Source of the DNA: Octopus bimaculoides
Lineage: Eukaryota
Assembly (NCBI RefSeq): GCF_001194135.2
Contig: NC_068985.1
Span: forward strand, 38,012,602-38,050,603
Length of the DNA: 38,002 nucleotides
Direction: 5' to 3'
Shown here: in pieces, positions 10,193 to 22,508 of the stretch
Numbering within the stretch: position 1 is the first letter of the stretch
Layout: the number at the start of each line of letters is the position of its first letter
Notes under the pieces: generated by a model
Seen by the model: only the letters and a program-made list of their open reading frames with translations
The model's database searches: none
What the model was told of the DNA's origin: nothing
Translations under genes and position numbers: made by a program

Positions 10193-11288
10193 GGAAGAAA
10201 GGAAAAAGTCCAAAGAAAGAAAAGAAATCTGTTACTACATATTTCTCACTCAGAGATTCAAGACTGATTATTGTGCAGTTTTAAACTATTACGTAGGCTA
10301 TTCAAATTTATATGGAAATTGTATTTATTGGTGATCATCTTTAGGTATATCAGATCCAGGAAAATTAACGAGCAGTCGCATGTTATAAAATCTTTACTTC
10401 CAGAGATTTTATAATTTGACAAGGAAAATCTGTCTTCGTAAACACGTTTCTAGGCATTCAAATATTCTTCTCCAGTATGTTTAGCAGAATGTGTTCATGA
10501 GATTTATATGACAGGTGGAATTGGTATAAATATGAGACTTGGTGATTTATGATATAGTGGAAGTAGTAAAAACCTTTGGCTTTCCTATCATCATTCGCAT
10601 TATGGTTATTGTTTGAGTACTACATAAGTTTTATGTATGCATTGTTGACGTTGATGAAGCATTTGCTTCTATTAATGTTTTTAGCTTTATTATTCTGCTT
10701 CCAGTAGGTACAAAGGGTTTGTTCTAAACAATCCACATATGAATATAATAGGAATAACTATTATTGCATACGCTTAATGAATACGCAAGTTTCAGTAACA
10801 GCAGTGCCGAAGACAGCAAATATTGTTAAACCTCTTTAAAATATTTCAACTATAGAATATTTAATTCAGAGGAAAAATTTAATTTCGTTATGCTTATACA
10901 CATAATCTGACATTGAAAATGAAACACGTTCATAGATTCATATTGTTTATAAATGAATTTAATTATTTAAGTCATAAAGCACACAAACATGTACACACAC
11001 ATACAGCAGCATAACGTCTAAAGTTGATTAACTAATTTACTTTCTAAAATATCTTTTATAACCCAGATATAACATATTAAGCATCTTATGCAGGATCATT
11101 TTCAAATAAATTTATTCAGTTGTTGATGATAAGTTAGTTTTCCAATACATAAATCCTTAATATTTGTTATCTATGAAATACACAAAAATGAATACTTAAT
11201 GTTTGGATTAGCTTATCGAAAGATATTTAGTTTTAGCTATCATTCTTCATTTTTATATACAGTGTGTCTGGAAAAAGAATTGCAAATT

Positions 11289-11480
11289 ATTGGCTTCAAA
11301 TTTTGGCACAAGGCCAGTAACTTCGGAAGAGCGACTAAGTCGATTAAATCGACCCCAGTGCTGTACTGGTACTTGTTTTATCGACCCCGAATGAATGAAA
11401 GCCAAAGCAGATCCTTGCGGCATTTGCACTCAGAACGTGAAGAAGGACGAAATGCCTCTAAGCATTTTGCCCATAACGTC
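11289..11480 (-). mobile_element. Diverged SINE family B, tail type B2 (...gccttgtgccaaaatttgaagccaat)
   Basis: Shares gtcgattaaatcgaccccagtg...actggtact...tatcgacccc and ctcagaacg...ctaagcattt with 3887-4121. Confidence 0.8.
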
Positions 11481-11509
11481 GGAGCGACCAAAGTGTTGTG
11501 CGTGAAATT

Positions 11510-12020
11510 TTAGAATTACTTGAAGACTATTGGTCACCGCAGAGCGTCGAACTGATGACGGAACTTGAGGCAATGCAGCACCTTTACACAAAGAAGATTG
11601 ACCCAACAAAACAGACGAGATACTGGGAGAGGCTAAAATAACTGAAATTCTACTCTTTAGAGAAAAGGCGTGCTACGCATAAAAAAGAACCTTTGGGACT
11701 GAAAGTTATACCAACTACCGAACTGGACCGCACTGCATAGTACCAAAGATCTCGTTTTCTCCATCTACAAGTGTCCACGACTATTCAGCATTCCTCAGAG
11801 ATCTGTGAGGTGATGTAGATATTTCCAAAGAGCGTGTGGACAAATTTTTATCTGAGATAGCAGGTGAACCCATGTCGCGACAAGAAGCACAAAGTAGCAC
11901 AGCTTCATCCAAATCTCTACTTCATTAGAAGTACTACAGAAAAGAAGCCCATTCACATTGAAAGGCGGTGCTCTAGCATGGCCTCAGCTTCTGGCTTAAC
12001 TAGTAACGATAAAAAATAAT
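11510..12020 (+). mobile_element. Decayed CR1/L2-type LINE, ORF2 C-terminus plus 3' UTR
   Basis: From 11531 translates WSPQSVELMTELEAMQHLYTKKIDPTKQTRYWERLK*LKFYSLEKRR, like the CR1 WSP...LE.VQR.FTK.I...SYWERLK.L.LYSLE.RR motif; after a frameshift DVDISKERVDKFLSEIAGEP...SSKSLLH* ends at 11928. Confidence 0.85.
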
Positions 12021-12882
12021 ATAACGTTAGATGTATACAATGAATAGGACGTATAATATGGGAGGAACTGCCATTCGCGTAAAAGTATTCGCGTTAACTT
12101 TTCAGAGCGCATCAGCAAAAATTAATATATTCATTGTATGATTTGATCTGCTAAAGTGGAAATGCTGAACAGAATATATTGTCTTTTATCTAATCTTTTA
12201 GAGCATGTTCAATATTATAGATAATAATGGATCTAAGAAAATTGTTATAGGTTCTTCTATGCAATATTTACTCATTCCATTTGTGATTAGAAACATATTG
12301 TTAAAACACAATATATTCTAGATTTATGACAGATTCTTAGCAGTAATACTACTCAGTATTGTTTAAAATGAACTGATAGATATTAATTCGGCTTATAATA
12401 TTTTGTAACGAATACTTCAGGATTGCTCACTATTCACCAATAATTCTTATGGTTTAGTGAGAGAAAGAAGTCAGACAGTAGGAGAAAAGTGAACGATCGT
12501 GTTAGTTTCAGACGGTAGAAGTGTTCCAAATGCTAAATATAACTTTCATCAGTGGTATTAATCTGACGGGTTTCCGGGCAGTTTTCATCTGCACGATTTC
12601 AAACCGAACTTATTTTTCAAAATATTCTCTAAAGATCCTGCACAGTATAATCGAATGAACAATCATTCTAGTTATAACTCATTTTAATTCGTAATGTTTG
12701 GAAAAATTTTCCATCCATTTAAGATATATATTATTATCGACTGTTGCCGCCACCACTTCCTCGTATAGTAATCAATGCCAAGAATATCCGATTGTATCAA
12801 TTGGCGTGGCCGGATAATTCTGGATAAGGGAGCTCCGTTACTTCCCCTCGATGGTAGTTATATTGTTATTATTATTATTATT

Positions 12883-13398
12883 GAGTGACATCAAAGTGAC
12901 ACTGGGTAAAATATACGAAGCTCAGTATACCCATCTGATAAGGGTACACCAGTCACATGCATCACAACCATATGTGCGTGACATAGTGATCTTCATATTA
13001 AGATAAACAGCGCATGACCTTGCAGGTGGGGCCCAGTTAGAATTTTCTTCATGTCGAATAGCTCATCCCACTCAAAAGGTCCCTGAATAAGGGTTGTTTA
13101 AGGATGATCGACAAAACACCCATGTTTCATGAGTTGAATAATTCAAACCCAAAGGAATTCCTCTCAACACATAGCTATGATGCTTCCCCACTACTTCTAC
13201 TCGTGATCAGAGATGCACATATCGTCAGACATGCTCAACTGGTTAAGGTCAAACAACTAATAAGCAAATTCGTTGTATTGAGCAGAATATTTGTTGTAGC
13301 CCATCTTTTATATCAAGACAAAACAATGTACATGATAACACTTCCAATCAGTTAAGATCAGAAGCCATGAGAGCCACTACCTGATACTACATCAGGGC

Positions 13399-13399
<1 letters not shown>
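12883..13399. mobile_element. About 520-bp interspersed element lying within an (ATT)n microsatellite; possibly a Dong/R4-type LINE fragment or derivative
   Basis: (ATT)n at 12867-12882 and 13400-13432 bound it exactly; base composition differs from the flanks; the body resembles an abundant octopus repeat as I recall; no protein motif seen. Confidence 0.6.
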
Positions 13400-13432
<33 letters not shown>

Positions 13433-13564
13433 TGGTTTTGTTGGAGCTCCTGGAGTGTTGCAAGCGGAGCGGACTTGATACCTGAAGCCTACAGTACAAT
13501 GCTATCCATTCTTTTCAGCTATCTAATATTTTCCTGATTCTTCTTATTATTATTGTTACTGCTG

Positions 13565-13785
13565 CGGCAAGCTGACAGAATCGTAAGCCTTCCTGGCTAA
13601 ATTCTTCGCGGTATTTCGTCCTTCTTTGATTCTGAGTTTAAATTCCGCCGAGGTCGACTTTGCCTTTCACCATTTCGGAGTCGATAAAATAAGTACCAGT
13701 TAAGTAATGGGGTCGATGTAATCGAATCCAGTTACCCACTCTCCGAATTTAGTGGCCGTGTACCAAAATTTGAAACCATTATTAT
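13565..13785 (+). mobile_element. SINE family B, tail type B2
   Basis: ggcaagctgacagaatcg...gagtttaaattccgccgaggtcgactttgcctttc...gtcgataaaataagtaccag...ccaaaatttgaaacc then (ATT)n. Confidence 0.85.
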
Positions 13786-13945
13786 TGCTAACGGCGTTAT
13801 TATTAACGTTGTTAATGTTTTCCATTTAAGGGTAAGGAATTTTGAGTTAAATTTGGTGTTAAATTAGTGCCATTTGAAAACCAATTAAAATTTCAACACA
13901 ACTGCATTTAGGTATATGTGGGAATGCACGTTTTCACGTTCTTAC

Positions 13946-14087
13946 AAGCATATCTATCTGTCTGTCTGTCTGTCCGTCTGTCTGTCTGTCTGTCCGTCTG
14001 TCTGTCTGTCTGTCTGTCCGCCCGTTCGTCCGTCTGTCCGTCTGTCTATATATCTATCTATCCACACACTCACACGCATCTATGTTC

Positions 14088-14119
<32 letters not shown>

Positions 14120-14120
14120 A
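13946..14120. repeat. Compound (TCTG/TCCG)n, (TA)n, (TG)n microsatellite
   Basis: Direct reading. Confidence 0.93.
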
Positions 14121-17100
14121 TGAATGTATAAGGAAAATATATAGAGTATTTGTACAAAATGGCAAGACCGCACTAAAATTTAAAACAACTGCTTTAAGAA
14201 AGAAGGCAGCAGCAATTACAACAACAAATATTTTTATGAGTATACGTGTGTCTTTTTATTTGCTTGGTTTTCGCTGTTGTATCTTTCAATGTTTAATGCT
14301 TTGAAATAATGGTATGTCGTTACCGTTACATTTAGATGATGTTGTACACTCTTCCTTTCCGTAATATTCTTTTTATATACTTTCTCTCTATTTTGCTCTT
14401 TTATTTTTCATCTGCTCTTCCATTTGTTATGTAATTCAATCTCTTTCTTTGAGTGGTCTTTTTTTGTCCTTTTTTCGTTCCGCTTTTATTGATTTTCCAT
14501 ATTTCTTTAACTGTCTTTTTAGTAATATTCTCGCATCTTCCGTGTTTGATTTAACCGTTTTTATCATTAGTACTTCAATATGTTTGAAACTATATAAAAG
14601 TCGCATCGTTTGTCAAGATCTTTTTAACAATTTTTTCCCCAATTTACTAAAACAAGAAAAAAAAAAAACAACAACCTATTTTCATTTTTTTCAACTTTTG
14701 TTTTTTGGCATTCAGATATATAATGTCAGTACTGTTCTAATTTCTTATCTTCATCACTCACTTTGGATGCATTTTAATGTGATGTACTTTAGTATTTTTC
14801 ATTTGTTTCCCTCTTTAACAATTTGGTCCGTGATGCAGAGCTAACCAAATAGTATTTTTGTTAGCTACAAATTTTGAAGTAATAGTATTTGTGGCAGACT
14901 TGATCCATCGTCCATTCCTGGCCTTTGAGCGCTATTAGCTGAATGGATTCTCTCGTATGGATCACGTCCACAGCCCAACGGCAATGGCATATCTGCAATT
15001 TAGAAATTCTTCCTCATTTTGTGTAAAATTCTTGGAGGCATAACAAAAAGATCATGGTCACTATCTTTTCCTTTCTGACTCTAAAATAATCATCAAAAAA
15101 GGTCCTGATAAAATATCGATTGGTCTTCTTTCACAATATTCCATTAATTATGCAGAAAGCTTGATCAATAGAAATTTTCGTGACAGTTGGACAGAAAACC
15201 TTACTTTGTTCAAAATTTCATCACTGCTCTACGATTATATGTCTATGTGCAACTGACTGAAATTTTCAGTATTTCTGTAATATTTGGATGATATTCTATA
15301 ATTTTAATATGCATCTAATCAGTTGTGTTAAGATGTCCAAAATAATATTTGCTACATTATGCATACCACCGATTAACACGTAACAAATACGTACGATATA
15401 GTTTCCGTTGTATCATTTTGTTTCTATGGTTTTTAAAGCAATGGAAATGATTTTCTTCCAAATAATATTTGTATGTTCCTCTGTATATACTTTGTAAGTA
15501 GGTGAGTGATGAATTTCTCCTGTGCAATGAACATACAATGCCATTTATGAATGTAGATAATATTTGTTGTCCCCGAGAAAAATACTAACAATAGACATTT
15601 AAAACGCAATTACTAAGACTTGAATGTAAATGATAACCACAGGTTAGAAACAGGTAAATGAAATAGGGTCGTGGACGGAACTAATCGGTGGTATTCATCG
15701 TATGTGATACGTATCTAATTATTGTATATAATTTTCCTTGTTGGCGTGTTAGTTTACTCTGTTGTGTTAATGGTAAAACAATCGCCTAGCACGTTACAGA
15801 TATATTTTTCGTATTTATTTCACAAATCACTTCTCATAACGTATAAAATTACGGCGAGTGACGGTAAGAGACTTGAATTTATAACATTACTTTTTTTGAG
15901 AGTAAACTAAATGCAATATTCTATTTAACTTAAGTAATACATATAGTAGTAGACTTCTATTCAGTGTTCGGATTGATTTCGATAGTATACATTCAGTATT
16001 GAATTCAAAGTTCACAAAAATGTCTTGCGCATGTCATTGGTCGCAATGTCTATTAAGAAAAAGGAAGTCTTATTATTTATGCAGAACAGGTAACCATCCT
16101 TGCCACTCATCAATATAGTTTCGACTGTGTTTCACTATTAAGCCTCATTAAAACATTACAACACACGTATATTAATATCTCAATTTGCTACGTTATATTT
16201 TTAAGCTTTTGTCTTAATGCGTTGTATATTTACGTTCCTTACATTACGCATGCGTTATGCGTATGTAATGAATTATTGATCAAATGCTGCATATTTATAT
16301 TACTGAGAGACTAATATGCTACAGAGTTTAGATTTATGCTACACATATGGCAATTATTTCATTCCCATCTATCATATTGAAAACAAATATTGTACTGTTT
16401 TTACTGTGGCAGTCTTGTATATTTTAGTATTATGCGTTGCCCAAGAGAGGATAGACAAATATATAGAAAATTGAAAAGCAAGTTATTGCAGAAACACACA
16501 AAAAAACGCACAAAAGCGGGAATGAAAATATATAAAATGCTTTTGCGACAGAGAAAAGTTACTCTAGACCACTTATCGTAACTCAGTAATAGTTTGGCGC
16601 CGAAACTGCTATTTGTTATTGATACTATATGGACAGTCACGTTTTTGAGCAAATCTTTTTTGCTTTTTCTGATATTTCTTCGTAGTTGCAGCGTTGAGAA
16701 TTCAATTCTCAATTATCCAGTGCATCTGTACTCAAACATAGTCTGTGTCTCTAAAACAAACGGAATGGTCACGACTGAGACGCATTTGATCTTAGGTTTG
16801 CTCGATTATAATGATCTGAGAGGTAAACAACAATAACAAGAACAAAATCAACGCGTCAGTCATGCGCTAGTATATCTGCTAACGGCCATTTATGTTTATC
16901 TTACAATAATATACTTGACATTTGAATTAAATGAAAGAAATGAAGGAAAAGAGTTTCGACTTGCACTTCTTTTGAGAGGGGATTAAGAAGAATACATTTA
17001 TATCATTTATGTATGTGTAAGGTTTAGAATGAGTGTTATTATTAATTTACTTGTGTACGTTTTATATTGTAAATTTGATGATGATGGCTATTTAGTGTGC

Positions 17101-17367
17101 GTAAATAAGCTTAAAATATATTTTCTTTCACAATTTCAGTCTTTCTCATTAATTTTATGTCTACGACTTCGAAAAACTATATTCATAATCTCTCAACCGT
17201 GTTACTGTATCTAAACGGATTATCTATTCTGGAAAGATTTTCAGATGACTGATGTTGAACAACATTCATTATTGAATATATATGCATATTTATTGACCTT
17301 CACTCGAGTTTTCAAGGGAGAATAAAACCAAGTGTTGAGCCGGAGAGTATCATAAAAAAACAAAAAC

Positions 17368-17454
17368 ATGGAAAAAAAAATTAAAATAATACTCCTCATT
17401 CTCTGGTTTCTCTTTGTCTTCTTGCTTCTAGAAATCATCATCATAGTTTACTGA
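17368..17454 (+). CDS. Putative 28-aa hydrophobic small ORF MEKKIKIILLILWFLFVFLLLEIIIIVY
   Basis: ATG in aaacATGg context; upstream in-frame stop 17353-17355; TGA 17452-17454; no homology support, may be chance in T-rich DNA. Confidence 0.15.
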   Translation: MEKKIKIILLILWFLFVFLLLEIIIIVY

Positions 17455-17612
17455 AGTATATAGTTGTACACGCTGCCTCTTTAGCAATTTATACCGCTAA
17501 GTGGGTCCTGGTCGTTAGCGAGATCGAAAATATGCAATGGTGGGTGAATTTAGCCTAACGTAATTTCTGTCCTTACATTATTGTGTGTGTATGTGTGTGT
17601 GCATTTTGTGTG

Positions 17613-17644
<32 letters not shown>

Positions 17645-17979
17645 CAAATACACACACGCACTCTACATCCACTTACAGGGACCTAGAGATTTCTAGGTTG
17701 GTAACCAAGTGTCCATTTGACTGCAAGGGTTACACTTTTAGACCTGATTCAAATCCCGTATCTTCGTTTCGCCTATTCTTTAATTGTTATTCATAATTTT
17801 AAAATCAATTTTGTGCACTTCCAATAAGATAGTTTTAATCTATTACTATTACTCAAGCAAAAGTTGTCTACATATTCAGGTATTTCACTTTTATCTCTTT
17901 TAAGCATGTCTCATGTCCTTTTATTCATTATTGCCTGAGAATCAAAAGCTAGGAAATCTATGAAAGTCCAGTTTCGAAT

Positions 17980-18097
<118 letters not shown>

Positions 18098-18942
18098 ATC
18101 GTAATTAAGTAAAATTATTCAGTGTAGCTTGAATATGAACATTTAAAATTTCCCCAAGAGCGTTCTTTTTGTTAGTAAATGGCTAAATCTTCGCAATATA
18201 AATAATCTAATTAAACACCTGAAATTATGGTAATTATTAAATTAGCATTCATAGCATGATCTATCTTAATTGCACTGTTGAACTTCTAATATTTTATGAC
18301 ACAAACATACATGTGACCTTTTCCAAACCAGTTTCCACCAACTAAAGATTCCTAACTGAAGTTGTCTAAGAGAATGTCTTTCTAATACGATTCAGGAATC
18401 GCAGCTCAGTTTTTGAACCTAGTTTAATGGATGCCCATCCAGAAATTGGATCTACACAAGACAGTGACCAACTCACTTCAATATGTTACGTACACATCTT
18501 TTCCTTACCAAGTTAGAATGTAAAATATATTAGAAACGAAAAGATACAGATACTCTCCTGTTTGTTTCTAAGTTTTCTTTTGTTCAGCATGAAGAATATT
18601 GATGTAATGTCTTTTAATGTTTCCAAAGGAAAAGGAGAGGTGCAAATGAATTATTTTTGATAGTCATGTTGTTTAGTTTAGCAGGGTTTTCAAAGACAGA
18701 AACATCCGGGAAAATTTAACTGAAATTGTGACCTGCACTTGTGGAGAATGTAACTTAGTAAATCAGCAACACAATATTCCGAAAAGCATATAAAAAGGCT
18801 TCTGACAACTTCCACGATCAAATCGTTGCCATATAATTGACTATCATTATACAGATCTGCAATCACAAAGATGTACTATTAAAACATGTCATGATAAGAG
18901 GGATTGTTGAACCAACTGCCATTGGATACAACTATATATATA

Positions 18943-19184
18943 AGTAACAAAATGAGATAAAAAATCCAAGGCTGTGAAAGATTTCAGAACATTTATAAAA
19001 AGAAAGTATTACAGCTGTTACCGGGATATTTTATATATCCCTTCATCAGAGACGGTGCGAGAAAATGGTTAAGCAATAGTTATTGTATAAAAGATATGAA
19101 ATACAGAGTGAAGTGGAGGAATGAAAACAGACGTGTGATACGTAAGGATATTGTATCTGCAGATCCATTATTTAAGCAGAATGG
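18943..19184 (-). mobile_element. About 240-bp hammerhead-bearing mini-element between (TA)n tracts (Penelope-like terminal repeat or retrozyme-like)
   Basis: (TA)5 at 18933-18942 and (TA)12 at 19185-19208 bound it; contains the motif at 19006-19053. Confidence 0.5.
19006..19053 (-). ncRNA. Degenerate type-I hammerhead ribozyme motif
   Basis: Minus strand: gtct-CTGATGA-a-GGGATAT-ataaa-ATATCCC-g-GTAA-CAGCTGT-A-atac; exact CUGAUGA, 7-bp stem II, palindrome ACAGCTGT, GUA triplet; GAAA is GTAA and stem I gtct/atac has one mismatch. Confidence 0.65.
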
Positions 19185-19299
19185 TATATATATATATATA
19201 TATATATAAAGTTTCTTGTACCTTGTGTGTGAGTTCCAATGGTATTTATAATTGGTCATTCCAAGCATAGAGTCTTATAAACATCCATTGAATTTACTC

Positions 19300-20500
19300 C
19301 GGAGCGATGTCAGCAGGAGAAAGGACGTCTGCAGAAAATCAATATCGTGTTTTTCAGACATAGCGACGATAGAACAGTCTCAGAGGTGCCACAATGATAA
19401 GCTTTCATCCATTAATCTCAAAAACTGTGATACCATTAAAAATGTCGAGCACTCTGAAAACAAGCATCTTTGTGTCTTTTAAGAAATCATTTAGTTATAC
19501 AAAAAGAAGGCACCGAAAATGGTAACAACAGGAAAGCTTACAAGCAACTAAAGACTGAGATCCAGGAATAAATACTTGAAAAACAAATAATGAAGGTTAA
19601 AAAAAAACCCCACTTGAACCCTAGAAACTGGCTGATATTCATTACAAGCTGTTGGTCCCCGTATAATACATCAACCGTTTCGTTTTTTCTAAAGACAGTA
19701 TAAAACTAATAAAATGACAAATAAATGTCAACAATACAAAGAAATAACGTTCGAACACTTGCTTAACTCTGAGTGTACTAATAAGGGACAACCTTTGGAC
19801 AGCATCGCACAGTGATCAAATACGAACAACTTAATTGCATCGCTTGACATTACTGAGGCGAAACAAAGCAATTCATTCCCTTAAAAATTAGTAAAGAATT
19901 TAGGACTGATGGAATTCTGGCTGAGAAAATTAAAGTAGTGAGTGAAATATGTACAAGGAAGCTTCATTTCCTGTATGTGAGAATCGATTGCTGATGACCT
20001 TAGAGATGCAACCGTTATTACTTGTTTCTCTAACAGAGGAGACAAATTAGATCATGAAACTACAGAGAAATTTCATTTTTAGTAACTGCTGCAAAAATTA
20101 TTGCCAGAATTCCGCTTAACTGAATCAGAGACTTAGATGAATCTCAATCGAGTTTTCGACTTACCAGAGGTACTGTAGATACCTGATTTACCAGTCAGCT
20201 ACTGGAGAAATACTATGAGATACAAATACAAATAATGTGTCCCACTATCGGAGACTCTGCTTCTCTAACATCAATCTGATTTTTGAATATTCAGAGTGGC
20301 AATTCATATAAGTGTTTGCACAAAAGAAATGCCGTAACTCATACTTTTGTTCATAGGAAGGCATGATATCGTAAATCGTGAAAATTTGCATATCTTACCG
20401 ACCAAGCATAGCTACCTACATACTATTAAAACGAATACTAGGAACATCCGGTTTCATTTCGCTGCTGTACTCCAAGTAGTGTACATAGATACAACATAGA
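19300..20500 (+). mobile_element. Decayed RTE-clade LINE (linker and N-terminal reverse transcriptase region)
   Basis: Frameshifted translations FEHLLN (19750), AIHSLKN..DGILAE (19868-19925), DDLRDATVITCFSNRGDK (19993), NYREISFLVTAAKIIARIPLN*...ESQSSFRLTRGTVD..SQLLEK (20058-20212) and FVHRKA-DIVNRENL follow the RTE order KA.GPDGIPAE / DA.IV.I.K.KGD / NYRGISLL..GKI.ARI / ESQ.GFR..RGT.D / F.D..KAFD.V.R; ends approximate. Confidence 0.85.
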
Positions 20501-21955
20501 CTTGAGAATATCGTGCAAGTTCATTCTTTATATAATTTTGATAGTTTAGCTAGATTATTAATCTATCTCATCAATTTCCTTTGAGTAAGAAAAGCTTGTG
20601 CACAGAGAATTAAGTTGAGAAGATTATCGATTATCGCGTTATGTTTGCAAAGCAATTTGTTTGTTTAGCTAATGTTGGGAAGGATAAATTAGCTAACTAG
20701 AAATAATTGTTTGTGAGGAAGATAACAATATGAAAATTGTTGAGTCAGACCCCACCTCACGCACAAGCAAACGAACAAGCTTAACTTGTTTAATTGATTA
20801 GCGAAAAACAAGATTAGCCTTTGAATAGTACTATATAAAGTAGTTAAGCAAGTACTAAAAATTACTGCGAACAAGTTTTGGTCAAATTACGGTTTCAGTA
20901 GCGAAGCATAGAGTTACCGTTCTTGTGGGCATTCAAATGGCATTTCTGAGTAATTTCATTCATGAAATAATTTTAAGTTTATTGGAGTATCTAGGGTACC
21001 TTCAAAACTACTTCGCCAAGCATGTTAAAGTAAACGATTCGCGCATGAGCCCAAAATGAGAGCCTAATATGTTCAAAGTTGCTTCTTGATTTTGAGGAAA
21101 TAATTAAAAATTATTAGTCAATGACCTATATAGTTTGACAACCGGGTAAAGTATAAGAGCAAACTAGATTTGTTTTTGTGTTTAAAAGCGTGTGTAGGAA
21201 ATATCCACTGATCATAAAATTTCTCTGTTCACTTGAGAAGTGAAGACTTTGCAGTTTTCTTTCCTTCATGGAATTGACTCTACTATCTTACAGTTCTCTC
21301 CCTGAGTTTCCATTGTCTTTCTATCCTTCTTCACTTATAACGCATATCTTGGCATAATCTTTTCACAATCTTTTGCTTCTCAAGTTTTGACATTTTTCAG
21401 TCAACCTAAATATAGAATCCTCTTAGCTGTCACCTTTTGTAAGTTTTATCTAATGCATGTTCTCTGAGAATAAGTATGGAGTCTGTTTTAGTCTGAGGCT
21501 AGACTGAAATGTTTTCAATAAATATTATGGAATCAGTAATCATAATTCTTCTTAGGGTGTGCATCGATCGTGTTTGCTTAAACGCGAGTATTTGTGTATT
21601 TGTGTTCAGTTTTGTATAGATAAACACATGTACGAATACGTTTGTACACACGCATACACCCACAAATGAGCACGTGTTTGTTTACGTGTGTCTTGGTTTC
21701 TTGAATTACTTTTACCGCGTGTATGAAGAAGATTTCTGTTGCTGTTCGATCTCCCATATCTATATATATTTCTACTTCACATCTTCTGTTCCTTTCTATC
21801 CGGCTACAAAATAAATATCAGGGTCTTTAGTACGAAGTAACCGGCCAAAAATATTGAAAATAGCACTGCATTTAAAATTTAGGATTTGGGAGTATTTCTT
21901 AAACACTTCTGTTTCTGTTTTATTAATACGTTTGTTTTTGCTGTATTTTATTCAG

Positions 21956-22047
21956 GATGAGCTTCCAAGTTTATCCAGACCATTACATTTGTTTTGCTAA
22001 ATGATTATTGATACAATGTGGGATACACTTTAGCAATTGTATATACG
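21956..22047 (+). other. Candidate non-coding exon (92 nt)
   Basis: Pyrimidine tract tttgtttttgctgtattttattcag (AG 21954-21955); donor G|GTAAAA at 22048; stops in all three frames. Confidence 0.25.
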
Positions 22048-22476
22048 GTAAAAGGTATACGTCATGTTTTAATTTTTGCTATGTGAGTGACTTAGAGGAA
22101 GAAATTTCACTGAAAGATAGTTGTAACAACGTATAAGTTTTCTTGTCGGAATGGAAACTATTTAGAGAATATATGTCAGAATATTGTGAATAAAAACGCT
22201 TAATTATATTAAAATGTCACCTTTAATTGAGAATGAAACCCTCAAAAGATGACAAAATATTTGGTCGCCCTTTTATATTTAAAATCTTAGCTCAATAAGC
22301 AACTTGAGAAAAGTTCTATATATGGAGAATTCTCATCCTTCTATCTCTCTCAACTGAAGCAAAAACGATGGATAACCTGAGTGTTAAATCTTAGTCGTAT
22401 TTCATTTAATTTATTTTGTTTTTATCTTTCTTGTTTGTCTTGTTTGCTGGGGTTTTTTTTCACATGCAGTTCAAAA

Positions 22477-22508
22477 TATTGATTTCCAACTTTGGCAAAA
22501 GGCCGCCA
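22477..22508 (-). mobile_element. Short 3' remnant of SINE tail B2
   Basis: tattgatttccaactttggcaaaaggcc resembles tattggcttcaaattttggcacaaggcc at 11289. Confidence 0.4.

Noticed and set aside
14880-15300. Possible piggyBac relic (minus-strand KISIDQAF resembling LSIDESM)
   Set aside because: A single weak motif; downstream piggyBac motifs and terminal repeats were not found.
21230-21520. Very decayed minus-strand RTE-like C-terminus (KR*QLRGF...RKTMET..RTVR)
   Set aside because: Similarity needs several stops and frameshifts and is too weak to call without a profile search.
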